Shown here: piece after piece, positions 9,962-18,284 of the stretch
Numbering within the stretch: the stretch's first letter is position 1
Layout: each line of letters starts with the position of its first letter
Assembly: GCA_964479535.1 (NCBI GenBank)
Contig: CAYZMM010000035.1
Location: 159 to 64,158, forward strand
Length of the DNA stretch: 64,000 nucleotides
Direction: 5' to 3'
Origin: an uncultured Thermodesulfobacteriota bacterium
Lineage (GTDB): Bacteria > Desulfobacterota > DSWW01
The notes under the pieces: generated by a model
What the model was told of the DNA's origin: nothing
Database searches by the model: none
Seen by the model: the letters and a program-made list of their open reading frames with translations, nothing else
Made by a program: the position numbers and the translations under genes

Positions 9962-10558
9962 GTGATGGACGAAGTGCAAAACGAAGGCAGCGACGCACAG
10001 GTCATCCGACAGGTACTCGACGGAAATGTCAACGCCTTTGAAACCCTCATGGAGCGATACCAGGGCTATGTGGCTGCCATCGCCGCTAAAAACGTTCCAC
10101 GGGACCGAATCGAGGAGATCGCGCAAGAGACCTTTCTGCGGGCCTACCGGTCCCTCGAAACGTTCCGGGGGAAGACGCACTTCAAGCACTGGCTCGCCAC
10201 CATCGCCGTGCGTTGTTGCCAGGATTTCTGGCGTCAACACTACAGACGGTCGGAAAGGGCGATCGGCTCGATTTCGGAGGAAGAGTCGGATTGGATCCAG
10301 GGCCTCCTCGTGGATGGATCCGCCCATGCAGCTTCCGACCCGTCACGGAACCCGGAGGCCCTCAGGGTTCTCCGCTGGGCCATGGAGGGCCTGTCCGCCG
10401 AGGACAGGGCGGTCCTCACACTGGTTCATCTCGAAGAGTACACGACCGCAGAGGCGGCAAGACTCTTGCGTTGGAGCGTTGCCAAGGTAAAGATTCGCGC
10501 TCATCGAGCCCGCAAGAAGCTTCGGAAAACCCTCGAAGAGGTCCTTCCGGACCGATAG
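9962..10558 (+). CDS. ECF RNA polymerase sigma factor
   Basis: AFETLMERY, QETFLRAY, F..WL..IA, region 4 with KVKIRAHRAR. Confidence 0.9.
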   Translation: MMDEVQNEGSDAQVIRQVLDGNVNAFETLMERYQGYVAAIAAKNVPRDRIEEIAQETFLRAYRSLETFRGKTHFKHWLATIAVRCCQDFWRQHYRRSERAIGSISEEESDWIQGLLVDGSAHAASDPSRNPEALRVLRWAMEGLSAEDRAVLTLVHLEEYTTAEAARLLRWSVAKVKIRAHRARKKLRKTLEEVLPDR

Positions 10559-10569
10559 GGGGCACAGGC

Positions 10570-10905
10570 ATGGAAGAGAAGAAAGAGCAGCTCGACAGAA
10601 TCGAGAAGGTCCTCGCAAAGGCGCACAGAGAGCAACCCGTGCCGGAGCTTTCGCCGGCGTGGCGGGAGGGCGTGATGCGCCGCGTCCGACGCTTACACGC
10701 GGAAACGGTTGAAAAGCAGGCGAGCCTGCCCTTGGCCCTGGTATTCCGGAGGATGATCCTTCCCTGTGCCACGGCAACCGGACTCGTCGCCGTGGCCCTG
10801 CTGGTCTATCTGCTCACGGCCGTCCCGGGGATGGAACAGGACCTCTTCGCCATGCTCACCCATGATCCTTCCGGTCTGCTCACCACCGAGGCGCTGGGGT
10901 TATAG
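10570..10905 (+). CDS. putative membrane-anchored anti-sigma factor
   Basis: Follows the ECF sigma gene; helical N-terminus plus a single TM segment. Confidence 0.6.
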   Translation: MEEKKEQLDRIEKVLAKAHREQPVPELSPAWREGVMRRVRRLHAETVEKQASLPLALVFRRMILPCATATGLVAVALLVYLLTAVPGMEQDLFAMLTHDPSGLLTTEALGL

Positions 10906-10923
10906 AGAAACGAGGGGAACGTC

Positions 10924-11391
10924 ATGGCAAAATGGAAGATATGGGTCGGACTCCTGGTACTCTTCGTCTCCGGGGTGCTCATCGGCAGCATCGGCACGCG
11001 GATGTATGTGCGGCACCAGATCACCGGCGTCTTCTCCAGAGAACGCCCCGCCGTCCGGAACCTGTTCATGCGCCGCCTCACCCGGGAACTGGATCTCACC
11101 AGGGAGCAGAGGCAGGAAGTCGAACAGATCGCGAGCCGTGCCGCCGAGAAGTTTCACAAGATTCACACGCGACACAGGAGTGAGGTGCAGACCGTCTTCG
11201 ATGAGTCCGCAGAGGAGATAAAGAAGCACCTCTCGCCGGCACAGCAGGAACGGTTCGATGAGTTCCGGACGAGGATGAAGGAGCGGCACGAGAGATGGAA
11301 ACACCGCCGCCACCGCGACCGCCGCGGCCACCACCGCGGCCCCCCACCGGGCATGATGGAGCCGCCGCCTCCGGGGCCGCCGCTCGAGTAG
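10924..11391 (+). CDS. periplasmic heavy-metal sensor / Spy-like helical protein
   Basis: N-terminal TM, LDLTREQ and LSPAQ motifs, His/Arg/Pro-rich tail. Confidence 0.7.
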   Translation: MAKWKIWVGLLVLFVSGVLIGSIGTRMYVRHQITGVFSRERPAVRNLFMRRLTRELDLTREQRQEVEQIASRAAEKFHKIHTRHRSEVQTVFDESAEEIKKHLSPAQQERFDEFRTRMKERHERWKHRRHRDRRGHHRGPPPGMMEPPPPGPPLE

Positions 11392-11543
11392 TGGCACATG
11401 AGCACCCCGGAATCGACGGCCGCCTTCGGCACCTCCCTGTCGTTCCGTCCCTGCGGATTGACACCGAAGATTTGGAATGCGCATACTCATAGGGCGTCCC
11501 TGCGTCGGGGTTTGGACGAACAGCGCGGAAAGGAGGCTCGGCA

Positions 11544-12392
11544 ATGAAGATTCTGGGAATGACCGGGAGCTACCGGAGGAACGGGAACTCCGACATCCTG
11601 CTGAAGGAAGCCCTGATGGGGGCCGAGGAGGCGGGCGCAGAAGTGGAGATGATTCGGCTGACAGACTATGCGATTCAGGCCTGTCAGGGATTCGGGCTCT
11701 GCCTCTTTCGTGCCGAAGGCTGCCACATCGAGGACGGCGTGAAGGAGATCTGGGCCAAGATCGGCGAGTCGGAGGCGGTGCTCCTGAGTGTCCCGTGCTA
11801 TTTCCTGGAATCGACCGCCATCCTGAAGCAGCTCCTGGACCGCGGCTGGGTGCTGGCCCATCGGGGCACGTTTCGAGGCAAGTACGCGTCGGTGCTCGTC
11901 CCCTACGCGACCCGGGGATGGATCCCCTATGCGATGCTGCAGCCGAACATCTTCTTCGGCATCCTCGGGATCCACGTCATTCACCGGGCCGCCTTCAACG
12001 TCCAGGGGCTGGGAGAAGCGGTCCACGACGAGCCGGGGATCGAGAAGGCCCACCGCATCGGCGGGGAACTGGTGCAGGCCGTCCGTGACCAGGACCCGAC
12101 CTATCGATCGGAACCGGGCATCTGCCCGATCTGCCAGGACCGGAACATCCGGATCCTCCAGAACCGGGAGGCGGTCGAGTGCCCGACCTGCGGGGTCCGC
12201 GGTTCCCTCACGATCCAGAACGGAAAGATCGACGTCTCTTTCGACCCGAAGGCCCTGGCGGAATACCGATTCGACCCGGAGGTGGGTTACAACCATTTCA
12301 CCTACCACATCAAGCCCTCGAAGGACTACTTCCTGCGGACCCGGGAAGAACGTAAGGCCCGCGTCAAGAAATACAAGAGCTATCTTGCATAG
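11544..12392 (+). CDS. flavodoxin-like iron-sulfur flavoprotein with C-terminal zinc ribbon
   Basis: MTGSYR..GNS, CQGFGLC-x6-C, C-terminal CPIC...CPTC; AGGAGG RBS. Confidence 0.8.
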   Translation: MKILGMTGSYRRNGNSDILLKEALMGAEEAGAEVEMIRLTDYAIQACQGFGLCLFRAEGCHIEDGVKEIWAKIGESEAVLLSVPCYFLESTAILKQLLDRGWVLAHRGTFRGKYASVLVPYATRGWIPYAMLQPNIFFGILGIHVIHRAAFNVQGLGEAVHDEPGIEKAHRIGGELVQAVRDQDPTYRSEPGICPICQDRNIRILQNREAVECPTCGVRGSLTIQNGKIDVSFDPKALAEYRFDPEVGYNHFTYHIKPSKDYFLRTREERKARVKKYKSYLA

Positions 12393-12405
12393 GGGGGACG
12401 ATCCC

Positions 12406-12765
12406 ATGGGAGCATACACCGCCCGCCTTCGCTACTACCCGGGCGACCCTCTCGAAGAGATTCGGCAGGAGGATCTGGACCGTATCGCCGAGGCAAGCGG
12501 CGTCACGGCCTCTCTCGAGCGGATCGACAACCGGGTGCTCCAAGATGGGTTGATGCAGGAGGAAACCCTGGACAAGACCATCGAGGAGATGACCCAGGAG
12601 GTGATCACGGTTGCCTCGGACAACGAGGAAGCCTTGCGGCGGGCCATCACGGCCCTCTACCTGAAATATCGTTCTCCAAGAACACCTTACAGCTTCTGGG
12701 GCAGCAGCCGCGAGGGTGAGCGGATCGCCAAGGAGGTGGCCGAGGAGACGGGGGGCGGATGGTAG
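12406..12765 (+). CDS. hypothetical protein (119 aa)
   Basis: RBS-like GGGGG, coding-like composition, operonic with the upstream flavoprotein. Confidence 0.65.
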   Translation: MGAYTARLRYYPGDPLEEIRQEDLDRIAEASGVTASLERIDNRVLQDGLMQEETLDKTIEEMTQEVITVASDNEEALRRAITALYLKYRSPRTPYSFWGSSREGERIAKEVAEETGGGW

Positions 12766-12921
12766 GTCCGGACGACGAAGAAAGCACTTTCCGCAATTGT
12801 TTAATATGTGTTAGAATACTTTTACATCGCAATCGATGGGATCCAGGCCGGTGTCCCCTCGCCGGTCGCCCCTGCCTGAGGGCTCGGATCGTCGAGCCGG
12901 CAAGACCAGGAGGTAGGCATC

Positions 12922-14244
12922 ATGTTGACGCGCAAGACACTCGCCGTCTGGACGGGAATCATCCTGTTGTCCTCCGGCTTCCTCATGGGGCAGGAGCCCA
13001 CCTGGGCCCCTTCCGAGGTGATCTACTGTGAGGACATCGACGGGGACGGGTACGGCGTCCGGCCGGCTGTTCTCTGCCCTTTCCTCGTTCTTCTCGACTG
13101 CAACGACCTGGACCCGATGGTCAACCCAAGGGCCGTGGAGGTCTGCAACGGGATCGATGACAACTGCGACGGCTTGATCGACGTGATCGACGACGATGAG
13201 GACGGCTACTTCTCCGGCGAGCCGCCCTGCGCGGGGAACGACTGCAACGACAGCGATCCGAGCGTGCATCCGGGTGCGTTGGAGAGGTGCAACGGTCTGG
13301 ACGACGACTGCGACACGGTCGTTCCGGTGGACGAGACCGACGTGGATGGAGACAGCTACGTGGAATGCAGTGCGTGGTCAGGAAGCATTCCCGGCATCCT
13401 GGGCGGGGGCGATTGCGACGAAACGGACCCGGCTCGGAATCCGGGTGTGGTCGAAGCTCCGAATGGGGCACCGATCTGTCTCGACGGTCTGGACAACGAC
13501 TGCGACGGCCTGGTCGATGTGGACGACAATCAGTGCCAGCAGTGCACCCAGCCGACGGACTGCGATGACGGCAATCCGTGCACCGACGACGACTGCGTCG
13601 CCTACGGCTGCACCCACACGGGCAACACCCTTCCGTGCGACGATGCGGATGCCTGCACGACGAACGACACGTGCTCGGGAGGGGTCTGCATAGGCGGACC
13701 CCCTCTGGACGGCGACACGGACGGCTACATAAGCGATGCATGTCCCGGCGGGGACGACTGTCTCGATTCCGATCCGAACGTCAACCCGGGAACCACCGAG
13801 GGACCGCCGGGGGATCCAAACTGCTCGGACGGTCTGGACAACGACTGCGACGGCCTGACAGACGATGCCGAGGACCTGGACTGCGTCGCAGACCCTTGCA
13901 CGTTGCCGTCAGACTGTGACGACGGCAACCCCTGCACCGACGACGACTGCGTCAACTCACATTGTTCCTATTCCAGCAATACGGCCTCTTGCGACGACGG
14001 GGACCCCTGCACGACCAATGACACGTGCTTCGACGGTTCCTGTGTGGGAGGGCCCGCTCTGGACGGCGACACGGACGGCTACATAAGCGATGCATGTCCC
14101 GGCGGGAACGACTGCCTCGATTCCGACCCGAACGTCAACCCGGGGGAGATCGAAGGACCGCTCGGGGACCCCACCTGCTCCGACGCCCTGGACAACGACT
14201 GCGACGGGCTGACGGACAGCGCCGAGGACCCCGGTTGCGCGTGA
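12922..14244 (+). CDS. secreted Cys/Asp-rich repeat protein (putative metal-binding MopE-type and CDDGNPCT repeats)
   Basis: Signal peptide; repeated DxDxDGY...DCxDxDPxVxPG..E.C.DG.DNDCDG and CDDGNPCTxDxC; AGGAGG RBS. Confidence 0.85.
   Translation: MLTRKTLAVWTGIILLSSGFLMGQEPTWAPSEVIYCEDIDGDGYGVRPAVLCPFLVLLDCNDLDPMVNPRAVEVCNGIDDNCDGLIDVIDDDEDGYFSGEPPCAGNDCNDSDPSVHPGALERCNGLDDDCDTVVPVDETDVDGDSYVECSAWSGSIPGILGGGDCDETDPARNPGVVEAPNGAPICLDGLDNDCDGLVDVDDNQCQQCTQPTDCDDGNPCTDDDCVAYGCTHTGNTLPCDDADACTTNDTCSGGVCIGGPPLDGDTDGYISDACPGGDDCLDSDPNVNPGTTEGPPGDPNCSDGLDNDCDGLTDDAEDLDCVADPCTLPSDCDDGNPCTDDDCVNSHCSYSSNTASCDDGDPCTTNDTCFDGSCVGGPALDGDTDGYISDACPGGNDCLDSDPNVNPGEIEGPLGDPTCSDALDNDCDGLTDSAEDPGCA
13543..14241 (+). 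repeat. intragenic tandem duplication, 354-bp period
   Basis: Two approximately 118-codon units starting at 13543 and 13897; identical 50-nt block at 13703-13752 and 14057-14106. Confidence 0.85.
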
Positions 14245-14275
14245 TGACCTCCGGCGGGCAGTCTTGGACGGCGGG

Positions 14276-15088
14276 CTAAAGGTTCTTTCGTGCTGTCACC
14301 CAATCCGGGTTGTTGCATATCTCGCAGTCCGCGTCCTGCCCGAAGAACGCCTCCTCGGCTTCTTCGTGACCGAGCAGTACCGCGCAGAACCAGGCCGTAA
14401 CATACCCTCGCATCATCCCCGCATCACCCAGAGGTGTGAAATGAGTGGCGCCCTGGGCGATTCCATAGACTGTCGGAACCAGGGCACGGTCGAAGGTGGA
14501 CGCAGTGACCCATGGCGCGGGAACGAAGGAGTCATCGGACCCTGCAACCAGAAACATGGGTCCCTGCAGCTCCCGCACTCTCCCCGGAATCGGTTCGATC
14601 GGGGCGGTGCAGGTGACCCTGGGGTCGGTCCCGGCATTGATCGTGCCGCCGCCTCCCTGGGAATGACCGGTAGCGCCCACGTTGTCCGTGTCGATCTTGT
14701 TGAAGAAGATGCTCTCTTCCCGGGAGTTCTCCTCGAAGAGCCAATCCACCCCCTCGAGCATCTCCTCTCCCGTGCCGGTCATTGTGCTTGTTGAGGCGAT
14801 TACGACGAATCCGTAGGAGGCGAGGTGATCCAGCAAGCCCTGATAAAAGGCCGGAATCGCGAACGTGCCGTTTCCCCAGGTGATGATTGGGTGCTCACCG
14901 TCCTGCATAGCCGACGGGTAGAAGAGCACGTACCCGGGAATGGAGGCGCGGCTCGTGTCGTTGGGGCCTCTGGCCGCATACTGCATCTCGATGGTCTTCT
15001 TGGTCGACTCCTCCTCCGGAGGGTCGGATCCGCCACAGGAAACGATCGCGATCGCCAGACACGCTGCAGTCAAGATGCTCTTCCTCAT
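14276..15088 (-). CDS. alpha/beta-hydrolase lipoprotein, cutinase/PETase/chlorophyllase-like
   Basis: Lipobox IVSC; WGNGT, HLASYGFVV, GHSQGGG nucleophile elbow, AGSDD, GATHF. Confidence 0.85.
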   Translation of the reverse strand: MRKSILTAACLAIAIVSCGGSDPPEEESTKKTIEMQYAARGPNDTSRASIPGYVLFYPSAMQDGEHPIITWGNGTFAIPAFYQGLLDHLASYGFVVIASTSTMTGTGEEMLEGVDWLFEENSREESIFFNKIDTDNVGATGHSQGGGGTINAGTDPRVTCTAPIEPIPGRVRELQGPMFLVAGSDDSFVPAPWVTASTFDRALVPTVYGIAQGATHFTPLGDAGMMRGYVTAWFCAVLLGHEEAEEAFFGQDADCEICNNPDWVTARKNL

Positions 15089-15199
15089 ATTCCTATCTCC
15101 CGGCACCACGGGCCTCTACGGGGGTCGTCGGTCGTTCTTGGTCCGGCTTGTTAAATGTATTTAGAGGAACTTTCCGCAGCATTGGTTCCACGGCCTCAT

Positions 15200-15228
15200 T
15201 TGTCAACCTTCTCCGGCCGTGCTATAAC
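15200..15228 (+). promoter_or_regulatory. putative sigma70 promoter
   Basis: TTGTCA-17 nt-TATAAC with extended -10 TG, upstream of ATG 15271. Confidence 0.5.
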
Positions 15229-15270
15229 CGCATTCACCCACCCCGCCGCAAAACGTTCGGAGCAGACGTC

Positions 15271-16317
15271 ATGGCGATCTCGGATCATCCCGGACTGGCT
15301 TCCTACCTGGCAGAGAAACTGGAGGCAACCCATCTCCACATCACGGACGAGTGGCAGAACACCGAAGGCTGGTCCATGGAGACCTTCAGCCTGTCCCTGG
15401 AGTACAAGAAGAGCGGTGTCCCTGTCCAACAGAACATCATTCTGCGTCGGCAACCCGTCAGCGGGTTGCTCGAGCCCTACGACGCTTCCACCGAATACCG
15501 GGTCCTCAGCGCCCTTCAGGACACGGGCATTGCCCTACCGGAAACGTACTGGTACGAGCCTGACCCCACGGTGTTCGAGCGCCCCTTCTACGCGATGGAA
15601 AAGGTGGACGGCGAGGTCCACTTCCTGATTCAGAGCGCGGACCCGGATTATCGGCTGATCCGGGACGATCGGGAAAGGGAAAGCCTGGCGGCAGACTTCA
15701 TCACCCATCTGGTTCGCATCCACACTTGCGACTGGCGGTCCCTAGGGCTCGATTTTCTGGGCGACCCGGGAGGGGGCAAGGGCTCCGCCCTTTGCCAGAC
15801 CGAGTATTGGGAGGCGGTCATCGACCGGGCCGGACACAGGAACAAGCCTCTCGTGACCCTCGCGGTCAACTGGCTCAGGACGAATGCGCCGGAAAACGAC
15901 ACGCCCCGGCTCATCCACGGCGATTACCGGAGCGGCAACTATCTGTACCGAGACAAGAGGATCCGGGCGATCCTCGACTGGGAGATGGTGCACATCGGGG
16001 ACCCCCACGAGGACCTGACGTACGTGCTTGGCCAGCTGTGGCGGTCACCCCCACCGACCAACTGGGTGTGCCACCTTCTCCCCGAGGAGGAGTTCCTGAG
16101 AAGGTACGAGGAGGAGTCGGGAATCACCGTGGAACCGGAGAAGCTCCACTACTGCCAGGTCCTGAACGACTTGAAGGCGGTAGGGATCATCTCCACCGCC
16201 ATCAACGCCTTTGTCAAGAACAAGACCCCGGATCTCCGGCCCGGCATATTCGGCAGCTTGCTCGATATGGCATACGCGGGCCTTGCCCAGCACCTGGACG
16301 GGGGGCTCAAGGAATGA
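15271..16317 (+). CDS. APH-family phosphotransferase
   Basis: GWSMET, LRRQP, PFYAMEKVDG, HGDYRSGN, LDWEMVHIGDP. Confidence 0.85.
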   Translation: MAISDHPGLASYLAEKLEATHLHITDEWQNTEGWSMETFSLSLEYKKSGVPVQQNIILRRQPVSGLLEPYDASTEYRVLSALQDTGIALPETYWYEPDPTVFERPFYAMEKVDGEVHFLIQSADPDYRLIRDDRERESLAADFITHLVRIHTCDWRSLGLDFLGDPGGGKGSALCQTEYWEAVIDRAGHRNKPLVTLAVNWLRTNAPENDTPRLIHGDYRSGNYLYRDKRIRAILDWEMVHIGDPHEDLTYVLGQLWRSPPPTNWVCHLLPEEEFLRRYEEESGITVEPEKLHYCQVLNDLKAVGIISTAINAFVKNKTPDLRPGIFGSLLDMAYAGLAQHLDGGLKE

Positions 16318-16814
16318 AGGATGCACGCCTGACCACGATCGTGGAGAGAATCAACCACGCCCTGGAGTACGTGATCGCCCCTGAGGTCGAATCCCCCATC
16401 GTGCGGGGCCAGCTCTTCGCCGTCGTCGAGATGCTGAATCAGCTTCCGGGGAAGTACGAATACAGACACGACCTGATGGTCCAGGACATCGAGGTCGGCA
16501 AGGAGATGCTCGCCACGATCCTGGACGCCCTGGAGAGGGCAGGGATCGAGATGCCCGCGGAGATCTCGGAGGAGACCCGGCACGTCGACTGGGCGGGAAT
16601 GAGCGGTGATCAACTCCGGGAGGAAAGAGGACGGGTGGAAGGAGCGGTAACTGAGGCCCTCGATCTGCTCGATGCCCACCGGTCCGCCATCCCGGAGGCC
16701 GAGAAGGTGGAGAAGACCGTGCTGGGACAACTTGGCCGGAACATCCTTCGTGATATGATGCTCTTTCGTACTCCACGGTTCGAAACGATCTCTCAAAGAC
16801 TCCAGGAGGAATGA
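16314..16814 (+). CDS. hypothetical helical protein coupled to the kinase
   Basis: ATGA overlap with the upstream gene; coding-like composition. Confidence 0.7.
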   Translation: MKDARLTTIVERINHALEYVIAPEVESPIVRGQLFAVVEMLNQLPGKYEYRHDLMVQDIEVGKEMLATILDALERAGIEMPAEISEETRHVDWAGMSGDQLREERGRVEGAVTEALDLLDAHRSAIPEAEKVEKTVLGQLGRNILRDMMLFRTPRFETISQRLQEE

Positions 16815-17725
16815 AGACCATGTCCAACGTGCCGCCACAGGATGAGTTCGTCCACAAGGACTACCCGCGTAACGAGGAGAGGGCCTGGAAAGAGAACTGG
16901 TACTTCAACTTCATCGACCGGGAGAACAACGCCTGGGGCATCAACCACATCTCCCTGGAGCGCCACAAGGAGAAGGGCCGGTTCAGCGCTTTCCACGTGG
17001 TGGACGGTGAAGCCCTCATGTACTTGAACTACATCGACCTGACCGAGGACTTCGAGGAGCTCGACGATGGAAAACTGCGCGTCGCGTTCTTGGAGCCTCA
17101 CAAGAGATTCCGCCTCACCTTCGAGGGGCCGAGCCATTCCGTGGAGCTCGACTACCGTGCCCGGTTCGATGTGTTCGACTACGGGGCCAATGGGAACACG
17201 TCTCTGGAAGGAGACAAGAACAGCATGTCGATCCAGCACTACGAGCAGGCCCTCTTCGTAAGCGGAACCCTCACCAAGGACGGAGCATCGAGACCTATCG
17301 AGTGCCTCGGCCACCGGGACCACTCCTGGGGCTACCGGGACGAGACCAACGTCGCGGGCTGGAACTGGATTGCGGTGCAGTTTCCGGACAGGACGATCAA
17401 CGTCTCCCAGGTTCGCGTCGAGGGCATGGAGCCCATGAGCCGGGGATTCGTTTCGGAGGCCTCCGGGAACGTGGGCATCCGGCAGGTCAAGATCGTGCCG
17501 GGGGAACGGAACCAGGAAGGCATCCCCTTGAGCTCGACCTTCGAGGCCGTCGACGAGAGCGGGCGACCCTGGACCCTCACGTCCAGCCGCTTCTCGGGGC
17601 TGGTGCTGCCCCTGAGCGAAAAGGGGAAGAACGTGGTGGTGTACGAGAACTTCTCCGACTACACGATTGCGGAAACCGGCGAGCAGGGAGTCGGGATCGA
17701 CGAGTACCTGCACAACCCGGGGTAG
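16811..17725 (+). CDS. hypothetical beta-rich protein (CrtC/tocopherol-cyclase-like fold, DUF7064/7065-like)
   Basis: WKENWYFNF, HYEQ, GHRDHSWGYR, WNW motifs; ATGA overlap. Confidence 0.65.
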   Translation: MKTMSNVPPQDEFVHKDYPRNEERAWKENWYFNFIDRENNAWGINHISLERHKEKGRFSAFHVVDGEALMYLNYIDLTEDFEELDDGKLRVAFLEPHKRFRLTFEGPSHSVELDYRARFDVFDYGANGNTSLEGDKNSMSIQHYEQALFVSGTLTKDGASRPIECLGHRDHSWGYRDETNVAGWNWIAVQFPDRTINVSQVRVEGMEPMSRGFVSEASGNVGIRQVKIVPGERNQEGIPLSSTFEAVDESGRPWTLTSSRFSGLVLPLSEKGKNVVVYENFSDYTIAETGEQGVGIDEYLHNPG

Positions 17726-17744
17726 GAACCTACGACCTTCGGGC

Positions 17745-18281
17745 CTAGAGAAAGAGGCTCTTGTAGAGATCGATCAGCAGGTAATGCAGTCCGACCCCTT
17801 CGCCCCAGACCAGCACACCATAGATCCCCAGGATGCCGGCCACAGAGGCGAGAATCGAAAACGAAGACAAGGCCCTCGTGTCTTCTATTCCGCCCCGCCT
17901 CTCGATGAGTCTGCAGAAGACGTCGCAAACGCCCATGATCAGGAACTGCCCTGCGATGGTTCCTATGATCAGGATATTGACCCCGTAGAAAAGCGACTCT
18001 GCAAACGTGAAGGCCTGGGCCACGTTGTACATCTCGATCCCGTTCCAGATCAGGGGGGTCGCTACGCAACCGATGATACGCTCTCCCAGGGAGGCGCCCC
18101 GGAAATAGCTCACAGGGTAAATCAGAAAAGAGCCGAAGCCGATGGACAGAAACATCACGATCCCCGACAGGGTCGCCACAGTGGCCGAGGAGTGGAAGTA
18201 GACGATTCTCGACAGGATCATGGCAACCAGCACGATCGCCGTGGGGACTACGATCCGTTGAGAGAAGCTGCTGTTCCGCAT
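17745..18281 (-). CDS. hypothetical integral membrane protein
   Basis: About 5 hydrophobic segments; 3 nt downstream of the sulfatase stop. Confidence 0.7.
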   Translation of the reverse strand: MRNSSFSQRIVVPTAIVLVAMILSRIVYFHSSATVATLSGIVMFLSIGFGSFLIYPVSYFRGASLGERIIGCVATPLIWNGIEMYNVAQAFTFAESLFYGVNILIIGTIAGQFLIMGVCDVFCRLIERRGGIEDTRALSSFSILASVAGILGIYGVLVWGEGVGLHYLLIDLYKSLFL

Positions 18282-18284
18282 CTT

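Noticed and set aside
12922-14244. Repeats as a possible CRISPR array
   Set aside because: In-frame coding repeats with no constant repeat/unique spacer pattern; no cas genes in the window
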